Source of the DNA: Deltaproteobacteria bacterium
Lineage (GTDB): Bacteria > Desulfobacterota > Desulfobacteria > Desulfobacterales > JAFDHS01
NCBI GenBank assembly: GCA_019308655.1
Contig: JAFDHS010000012.1
Coordinates: 1 to 24,247, forward strand
Reading direction: 5' to 3'
DNA length: 24,247 nucleotides
How positions within the stretch are numbered: position 1 is the first letter of the stretch; each line of letters begins with the position of its first letter. The notes under the pieces were generated by a model. The model was not told where the DNA came from. It was given only the letters and a program-made list of their open reading frames with translations, and did not search any database. Below, one piece after another: positions 18,139 to 24,247 of this stretch. Position numbers and translations under genes: made by a program.

Positions 18139-19897
18139 CAGTATTTTTATCCATCCGGCTACCTATTTTATACTCGGCGCCGTTCTTCTGCCCTTTTTAA
18201 AGCGGTTTAAACTGTTGCAGAAGATTATAATGATTATTATCCCTTTACTGGCATTTTACCAGATAAATTATCTGCCGGATACCTTTGGCGTTTGTGAGTA
18301 TATGGGGTTCAAGCTGATTTTCGGAAAGGTTGACAAGCTGACCTATGTTTTTCTGCATGTCTTTACCTTGATGGCCGTAATCGGCAATGTATATGGCCTC
18401 CATGTCAAAGAAACCGGGCAACGTATGGCCGGTCTTCTGTATGTCGCCGGTTCCCTGGGCGTAACCCTGGCCGGTGATTATTTGACGCTTTTTATATTTT
18501 GGGAGTTGATGGCTTTTGCATCGGTTTTTCTTGTCTGGTATCGTAAGAAGAAACAATCTATTCAGGCGGGTTACCGTTATTTACTGGTCCATACCGCAGG
18601 TGGTTTGATCCTTCTGGGTGGAATATTTTTACGTTATCAAAATATTCATGACCTTAGTTTTACGCAAATCGCAGTCAATGGCGCTACGTTCGCCGACTAC
18701 CTGATTATGATTGGGTTTATGTTGAATGCGGCTGTTCCTCCGATACATGCCTGGTTACCTGATGCCTACCCGGAAGCCACGGTAACGGGAGCTGTTTTCA
18801 TGTGCGCTTTTACGACCAAAACAGCAGTTTATGTTTTGGCGAGAGCCTTCCCCGGATTTGAAGCGCTTGCCATTCTGGGCGCAATAATGACCCTTTACGG
18901 TGTCGGCTATGCTGTGATTGAGAATGATGCCCGGCGGATTTTGGCTTATCACATTGTCAGCCAGGTCGGATATATGGTTTGCGGTATTGGAATCGGCACG
19001 GCTATGGCGATCAATGGTACTTGTGCTCATGCCTATGCTCATATCCTTTATAAGGCCCTGTTGTTTATGGGTGCGGGAGCCGTCCTTGAAATGACGGGTA
19101 GATCAAAGCTGAGCGAATTGGGCGGTCTCTATAAGTACATGCCTCTTACACTTATATTTACGGTGATTGGTGGAATCTCCATTTCCGGCTTTCCCTTTAC
19201 CAGCGGCTTTATCAGTAAATCGATGATCATTGCTGCTGCGGGCGAGCATCACCGTCTGGGTTTAATGATTATGATGACCCTTGCTGCGGTCGGTACATTC
19301 TTGTCGGTAGGTATTAAATTGCCTTATTTTATCTGGTTCGGCAAGGATTCCGGTGTAAAAGCCCAGGATCCTCCATGGAATATGCTGCTGGGTATGTTTA
19401 TTGCCGGGTTTATGTGCTTCTTTTTGGGCGTGTATCCTGAATACCTTTACCGCATGCTGCCGTACGATGTGGCTTATCATCCGTATACGATGTACCATTT
19501 GTCGGAAACCCTCCAGATTCTTGGTTTTACCGGCTTGGGCTTCTACTTCATGGTCAAGTATTTAAAACCCGAAGCGCATGCCAACCTTGATGTAGATTGG
19601 TTTTACCGTAAGGGAGCTCTCGTCTTCATGTGGCTTGCTTCCAAACCGATTGGTATCGCCAATGAATGGGTCGGAAATGTTTATAAAACGGTCGGCTTGC
19701 GATTTACTATGGCGGTAGCTAAAGCGCTTTCATGGTTTGATTGGGAAGGGATCGATTGGGTTATTGACGGATCGGCCAGAGGTGTTGTCAATGGAGGAGA
19801 TCAGATGCGCGGCTTTCAAACGGGTAAAGTCCAGCATTACATTGGGGGCGCTGTAGTTGTTCTGTCAATCGTTCTTATTGTAGTGGTTCTTTTGTAA
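18116..19897 (+). CDS. NuoL-like / Mrp-related antiporter subunit with C-terminal lateral helix
   Basis: FIFWELMA, HAWLPDAYPEA, LAYHIVSQVGYM, HAYAHILYKALLFMGAG, GFISKSMI. The C-terminus has the NuoL-type FD..GID..IDG...R.FQTGKVQHY plus a final TM. Start may be ATG 18128. Confidence 0.88.
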   Translation: MKIIMINNSIFIHPATYFILGAVLLPFLKRFKLLQKIIMIIIPLLAFYQINYLPDTFGVCEYMGFKLIFGKVDKLTYVFLHVFTLMAVIGNVYGLHVKETGQRMAGLLYVAGSLGVTLAGDYLTLFIFWELMAFASVFLVWYRKKKQSIQAGYRYLLVHTAGGLILLGGIFLRYQNIHDLSFTQIAVNGATFADYLIMIGFMLNAAVPPIHAWLPDAYPEATVTGAVFMCAFTTKTAVYVLARAFPGFEALAILGAIMTLYGVGYAVIENDARRILAYHIVSQVGYMVCGIGIGTAMAINGTCAHAYAHILYKALLFMGAGAVLEMTGRSKLSELGGLYKYMPLTLIFTVIGGISISGFPFTSGFISKSMIIAAAGEHHRLGLMIMMTLAAVGTFLSVGIKLPYFIWFGKDSGVKAQDPPWNMLLGMFIAGFMCFFLGVYPEYLYRMLPYDVAYHPYTMYHLSETLQILGFTGLGFYFMVKYLKPEAHANLDVDWFYRKGALVFMWLASKPIGIANEWVGNVYKTVGLRFTMAVAKALSWFDWEGIDWVIDGSARGVVNGGDQMRGFQTGKVQHYIGGAVVVLSIVLIVVVLL

Positions 19898-20015
19898 GGT
19901 TAGGGTGCATCAAAATAATCATTCCGATTGCTTTAGAACAAAGATGCGTGTGATATTTATTCCCCTTAATCTCTGTAAATTCTGACGATGTATTTTTGAA
20001 GAGCTTGGGAAGAAT

Positions 20016-21551
20016 ATGGAAAAATATTTAATATTTAATGCCTTGAATTATCCGATTATAACGGTGTTGCTGGTTGTACCCTTAATCGGGGCGGTGTTTA
20101 CTTTATTTCTGAAAAAAAAGAGCCTTTTGAGAGTTTGGGGTCTGGCAGTTACTTTTCTTACTGCCGCACTATCTCTGCCTCTTTATTTCAATTTTGATTT
20201 GACTACACCTAAATATCAGTTTGTCGAACTTGGGCACTGGTTTCCTTCACTGCATCTTAACTATGTCGTCGGTGTGGATGGTATCAGCGTTCTTTTGGTC
20301 ATGCTGACTACATTTATCATGCCCCTTTGTATTTTATGTTCCTGGACTTATATTAAAGAACGGTTCAAGGAATTTGTCATTGTCATTTTGATTATTGAAA
20401 CAACAATGATCGGGGTTTTTGTCAGCCTGAATACTGTTCTCTTTTATATCTTCTGGGAAGCGATGCTGGTTCCCATGTATCTGATCATTGCCGTATGGGG
20501 CGGGCCGAGAAAGGATTATGCTTCCGTTAAGTTTTTCCTTTATACATTTATCGGCAGTATCTTTTTGCTGGTCTCTATTATTGCGCTTTATATCAAAACC
20601 GGTACTTTCTTCATTCCGGAATTGATGGACCATACCTACGCTTTTGGGTATCAGATGTGGATTTTTCTGGGCTGCACTCTGGCATTTGCAATCAAAATTC
20701 CCATGTTTCCCTTTCATACATGGTTACCTGCTGCACATGTGGAAGCTCCCACGGCCGGTAGTGTGATTCTGGCCAGTATTTTGCTTAAAATGGGTGGGTA
20801 TGGATTTTTACGCTTCTGTTTACCCATAGCGCCGGCGGCCACTTTTTATTGTATGCCCTATTTGTTGGCTTTTTCCATTATATCAATTGTCTATGGTGGC
20901 TATCTGGCCTTAGGACAAAGTGATATTAAAAAACTGATTGCCTACTCCAGTGTCGGGCACATGGGGTTCGTCACCCTGGGTATCTTTTTACTTAATGCGC
21001 AGGGAATAAAAGGGGCCATCTTACAGATGATCAATCACGGTATAACTACCGGTGCTCTGTTTATTTGTATCGGCATCATCTATGAACGTACCCATAGCCG
21101 CGAGCTTAAAGATAATTCGGCTCTGGGAATGATGATGCCCATTTATGTGACCTTTTTAGGGATCTTCTCCTTGTCTTCTCTGGGTTTTCCGGGAACAAAC
21201 AGTTTTGTCGGTGAGTTACTTGTATTGATGGGTGCTTTTTCCGAGAACAAACTGGTTGGTGCGCTTGCCATTCCGGGAGCAATTCTGGCTGCGGCCTATA
21301 TGTTAAGATTGCTTCAGAAGATGGTATGGGCGGATTCAGACGGTCATGCACATCACCACAAACCGGGCCATCACGTATTATCTGATTTGAACGGTCGTGA
21401 AATTTTTACCCTTTTCACTTTGGCGGTTTTTGTTTTCTGGATTGGCTTTCATCCCACTCCTCTGTTGGATGTCATGGATAGTAGTGTAACCCACTTATTG
21501 CATCAGCTAGAAGCCGGAATGCATCATGTCGGTGGTGCAATACATCATTAG
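20016..21551 (+). CDS. nuoM: Complex I-like subunit M
   Basis: VGVDGISVLLVMLT, FYIFWEAMLVPMYLIIAVWG, AFAIKIPMFPFHTWLPAAHVEAPTAGSVILASILLKMGGYG, GFPGTNSFVGE. Confidence 0.96.
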   Translation: MEKYLIFNALNYPIITVLLVVPLIGAVFTLFLKKKSLLRVWGLAVTFLTAALSLPLYFNFDLTTPKYQFVELGHWFPSLHLNYVVGVDGISVLLVMLTTFIMPLCILCSWTYIKERFKEFVIVILIIETTMIGVFVSLNTVLFYIFWEAMLVPMYLIIAVWGGPRKDYASVKFFLYTFIGSIFLLVSIIALYIKTGTFFIPELMDHTYAFGYQMWIFLGCTLAFAIKIPMFPFHTWLPAAHVEAPTAGSVILASILLKMGGYGFLRFCLPIAPAATFYCMPYLLAFSIISIVYGGYLALGQSDIKKLIAYSSVGHMGFVTLGIFLLNAQGIKGAILQMINHGITTGALFICIGIIYERTHSRELKDNSALGMMMPIYVTFLGIFSLSSLGFPGTNSFVGELLVLMGAFSENKLVGALAIPGAILAAAYMLRLLQKMVWADSDGHAHHHKPGHHVLSDLNGREIFTLFTLAVFVFWIGFHPTPLLDVMDSSVTHLLHQLEAGMHHVGGAIHH

Positions 21552-21666
21552 GTTGGAAGTGGTTGTTTTTGTATCTTATCGGTAAAATATGGTTATTTTG
21601 CCCGGCTCATTAAGCTTGGGTTTAACGCTGGTTTTGTTTTTAAAATTTTAGTATTGGGAACTTCGT

Positions 21667-23238
21667 ATGCAGATCACTCTTTTTCTTCCTGAAATAGTTT
21701 TGACTTTCATGGTTTTGGCATTCTTTTTTGTTTCCCTGGGAAAACCCAAAAGCGGTTTTTTGCAAGGATTGGCGCTTGTCCTTTCCGCCGCGGCCATATT
21801 AGCATCCGTAGTCACCTATGGCCAGGAGGGATCACTCTTTTTAGATGTTTACCGGGTGGATGCTTTTTCACAGATATTTAAGGTTCTCATTACATTCGGT
21901 TTATTTCTGGTGATCTATCTGGCGCCGAAACTAACAGGGATCGAAAAAAATTTGCATCCCGAGTTTTATCTTTTTCTGGCTTTAAGTTCACTGGGACTGG
22001 TAATGTTAAGCAGTGCCGTAGAACTGTTGACTATATTACTCTGCCTGGAGATCTCTTCATACGCGATCTATATAATTATACCCCTTCGTAAGAACCATGA
22101 GCATAGGGAACAGATGGAAGCCGGGATTAAATATATCCTTTTCGGTGCGGCAGCTACCGGCGTTACTTTGTACGGTATGAGCTACATTTTTGGTTTGGCG
22201 CATACCACTTATCTTGACGGTTTGGTCAAAGTTCTTCCATCACTGATTCAAAGTCAACCGCTTGCAATTATAGGCATGATAATGATGCTTTGCGGCTTTT
22301 TTTACAAACTGGCCCTTTTCCCCATGCATTTCTGGACTCCGGATGTTTACGAAGGGGCATCTAATGAAACCACCAGCTTTGTAGCTACGCTTCCCAAGGT
22401 TGGTGCTGTTGCTCTGCTTATCCGGCTGGTTTCTCTTACAGGGGTTGATTTAGGACAGTTTACGTGGATACTGGCGACATTTGCCGTCCTGTCAATGACC
22501 CTCGGCAATCTTTCCGCTCTGGTCCAGAATGATATCAAACGTCTTTTGGCATACTCCAGTATTGCTCATGCCGGCTATGTGATGCTGGGTATTCTTTGTG
22601 TCAACGAATTGGGATTGTCTTCAGCGATTTATTATATCGCCGGCTATATGTTGATGAACCTGGCCTGTTTTTACGTTATTTATAACATTGCACCTTCGGG
22701 TAAAAACGTTAGTTTTGTCGACTTGAAAGGTCTATACAAAAATTCTCCTTTGTTGGCCTTTGCTCTTGCCGTAGGGGCATTTGGTATGGCGGGAATACCT
22801 CCAACGATCGGTTTTACCGGTAAGTTCCTTATCTTTACGGGTGCAATCAATAAGGGACTCTATGCCTTGGTGATTTTGGCGGTTATTAATGCCGGAATCT
22901 CTGCTTTCTATTATTTAAAGATGGTTAGAGCCGCTTACTCGACTTCTGGTACACCGATGGCTAAAATCAATCTTGGTTTTTCCACAAGTCTTTTAGGTTT
23001 TGGCCTTATTCTCGCAATTATACTTCTTGGAATTTTCCCGCAAAGTTTTATCGAACTTTCCAGAGAAGCAATTGTGGCAATTTTTTTATTCTTTTGCGCG
23101 TTTTTTTATGGGAATAATCATAGCTTCGGCCATTGTTGTATGGCCGAAATATTGAAAAGGCCGCAGATTACGAAAGAATCAGTAAAATGCCGGGAGTGGA
23201 TTCATCTGATTTTACGATTATGGATAGATCGGGAGTAA
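21667..23238 (+). CDS. nuoN: Complex I-like subunit N (last ~50 aa look like a non-homologous read-through tail)
   Basis: LEISSYAIY, EAGIKYILFG, FYKLALFPMHFWTPDVYEGA, KRLLAYSSIAHAGY, GIPPTIGFTGK, ISAFYYLKMV. Confidence 0.95.
   Translation: MQITLFLPEIVLTFMVLAFFFVSLGKPKSGFLQGLALVLSAAAILASVVTYGQEGSLFLDVYRVDAFSQIFKVLITFGLFLVIYLAPKLTGIEKNLHPEFYLFLALSSLGLVMLSSAVELLTILLCLEISSYAIYIIIPLRKNHEHREQMEAGIKYILFGAAATGVTLYGMSYIFGLAHTTYLDGLVKVLPSLIQSQPLAIIGMIMMLCGFFYKLALFPMHFWTPDVYEGASNETTSFVATLPKVGAVALLIRLVSLTGVDLGQFTWILATFAVLSMTLGNLSALVQNDIKRLLAYSSIAHAGYVMLGILCVNELGLSSAIYYIAGYMLMNLACFYVIYNIAPSGKNVSFVDLKGLYKNSPLLAFALAVGAFGMAGIPPTIGFTGKFLIFTGAINKGLYALVILAVINAGISAFYYLKMVRAAYSTSGTPMAKINLGFSTSLLGFGLILAIILLGIFPQSFIELSREAIVAIFLFFCAFFYGNNHSFGHCCMAEILKRPQITKESVKCREWIHLILRLWIDRE
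23125..23148. other. 9-bp perfect hairpin between convergent nuoN and HisKA genes (possible terminator or pause site)
   Basis: TTCGGCCAT (23125-23133) / ATGGCCGAA (23140-23148) with a 6-nt loop, 20 nt past the HisKA stop. No clear U-tract on either strand. Confidence 0.5.
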
Positions 23239-23818
23239 TCTTTTGCAAGGCCGCCCACTCGTTGGATGATGAAATGTTATGATTAAATCCTTCGGGTAAA
23301 TCCCCTTTGCAGGTAAAGTGAACCGCAGTTTGTTCTCCATTTTTTTCAAAGGATATGCTTATCTCTCCATGGGGCGGCATCTCTTTCAGGCAGCAGTCAA
23401 TACTTGCAAGTAAAGCCATTTGCAACTGGATGGGATTTGTCATAATCGTGATTGCCTGATTGGGCTGTCGAATTGTTAAAGAAACTTGTTTTAGAGTGGC
23501 AAAACGCTGGGATAGCATAACCAGGTTTTCGGATAATTCAAAAAGCTCAACGGTTGATGTTGTTTTATCCGGGCTATGGGCAAACCTGTTAAGTCTGTTC
23601 GTCAAATTCACTCCGCGTTTAACCTGGTTTTTTATAACAGACAGAGACTTTTGAAATTTTTCTTGATAAGGAGAAGGAGAACTTTGGGAAATCAATAACA
23701 AATCTTCCATCAGGCCTGATGACTCCTTGATGATGGCCAGAATATTTTTCATTTCATGTGTGGTTGCGGCGGTGATTTTTCCAAAAAAGGCGATTTCTTT
23801 GGGTTTTGGTACATTCAT
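23168..23818 (-). CDS. Sensor-less HisKA protein with degenerate HATPase_c domain
   Basis: H-box ATTHEMKNILAII and a DHp helical hairpin. N, G1 and G2 boxes are not recognisable. ATG 23818 is preceded by AGGAG (5 nt spacing). Confidence 0.8.
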   Translation of the reverse strand: MNVPKPKEIAFFGKITAATTHEMKNILAIIKESSGLMEDLLLISQSSPSPYQEKFQKSLSVIKNQVKRGVNLTNRLNRFAHSPDKTTSTVELFELSENLVMLSQRFATLKQVSLTIRQPNQAITIMTNPIQLQMALLASIDCCLKEMPPHGEISISFEKNGEQTAVHFTCKGDLPEGFNHNISSSNEWAALQKITPDLSIIVKSDESTPGILLILS

Positions 23819-23879
23819 AGTTTCTCCTGACAAAAATGGAGCAAAAGTTCAATTAAACTAAAATAATAAATGGGATCGT

Positions 23880-24247
23880 TTATTCTTTCTCAGTGCCTAA
23901 GGCTTCCAGCATTCTTTTTATTAAGTCTTCAATATTTAAAGGCTTCATCAAATAGTCGAAAGCACCCAACCGTTTTCCTTCAACTCCTTCTTTTTTTGAT
24001 CCATGACCGGTTAAAAGGATAACAGGGACTTTTGAATTAATTGCTTTGATTTGTTGAAGAACCTCTAAGCCTCCTATTCCCGGCATCATTACATCCAAAA
24101 CTACCACATGAGGGAGGTCGGCTTCAAAAAGGCGCAATGCATTTTGGCCGTCTGAGGCAATTCGGGTCTGAATGCCTCTCAGCTCCAGTCTTTCTGAAAG
24201 CGTTGTGACGAATTCTTCTTCATCATCCACAAGTAACACTTTAAAAT
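23880..24247 (-). CDS. Response regulator receiver, apparently stand-alone (5' end outside the window)
   Basis: FKVLLVDDEEEF, VVLDVMMPG (phospho-Asp), ILLTGHG, DYLMKP, then a stop soon after the REC domain. The frame is open to the window edge, so the track's GTG 24239 is probably not the start. Confidence 0.92.
   Translation of the reverse strand, partial: FKVLLVDDEEEFVTTLSERLELRGIQTRIASDGQNALRLFEADLPHVVVLDVMMPGIGGLEVLQQIKAINSKVPVILLTGHGSKKEGVEGKRLGAFDYLMKPLNIEDLIKRMLEALGTEKE

Noticed and set aside
16400-19897. Complete stand-alone Mrp Na+/H+ antiporter operon
   Set aside because: There are no mrpB/E/F/G-like genes here, the genes are embedded between nuoK and nuoM, and the 593-aa protein has a NuoL-type C-terminus.
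2108-22538. Many short alternative-frame or antisense ORFs in the track (e.g. 3659-4138, 4802-5299, 10023-10517, 12289-12681, 14104-14490, 20334-20717)
   Set aside because: All lie within well-supported genes and show no recognisable motifs, so they are expected shadow ORFs.
1-24247. CRISPR array, transposase, Sec/Pyl recoding or programmed frameshift
   Set aside because: I saw no spaced direct repeats or mobile-element proteins by eye, and all recognisable genes are full length in the standard code without internal stops.

Overview
A 24.2 kb low-GC, gene-dense chromosomal window. Gene content and protein style suggest a Desulfobacterota (deltaproteobacterial) anaerobe; this is an inference. 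The left half is housekeeping, mostly on the - strand: pta (runs off the window start and is absent from the ORF track), an Sfp-type PPTase (+), rluD, carD/cdnL, a K+-independent H+-pyrophosphatase, the conserved ispE-tRNA-Gln-prs-rplY-pth block, a DUF1844-like gene and serA. The right half (11349-23238, +) is a self-contained complex I-like operon: nuoA-B-C-D-H-I-J-K, an extra antiporter-like subunit, a small 2-TM protein, a NuoL-like subunit, nuoM and nuoN. It has no nuoEFG. The most notable signal is that it encodes FOUR antiporter-like pumping subunits rather than three. The NuoL-like subunit also appears to carry a ~26-residue insertion in its lateral amphipathic helix, which would fit physical incorporation of the fourth subunit, and has Asn in place of the conserved TM7 Lys. 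The window ends with a convergent sensor-less, ATPase-degenerate HisKA protein and a stand-alone receiver. I saw no CRISPR array, transposase or integrase.
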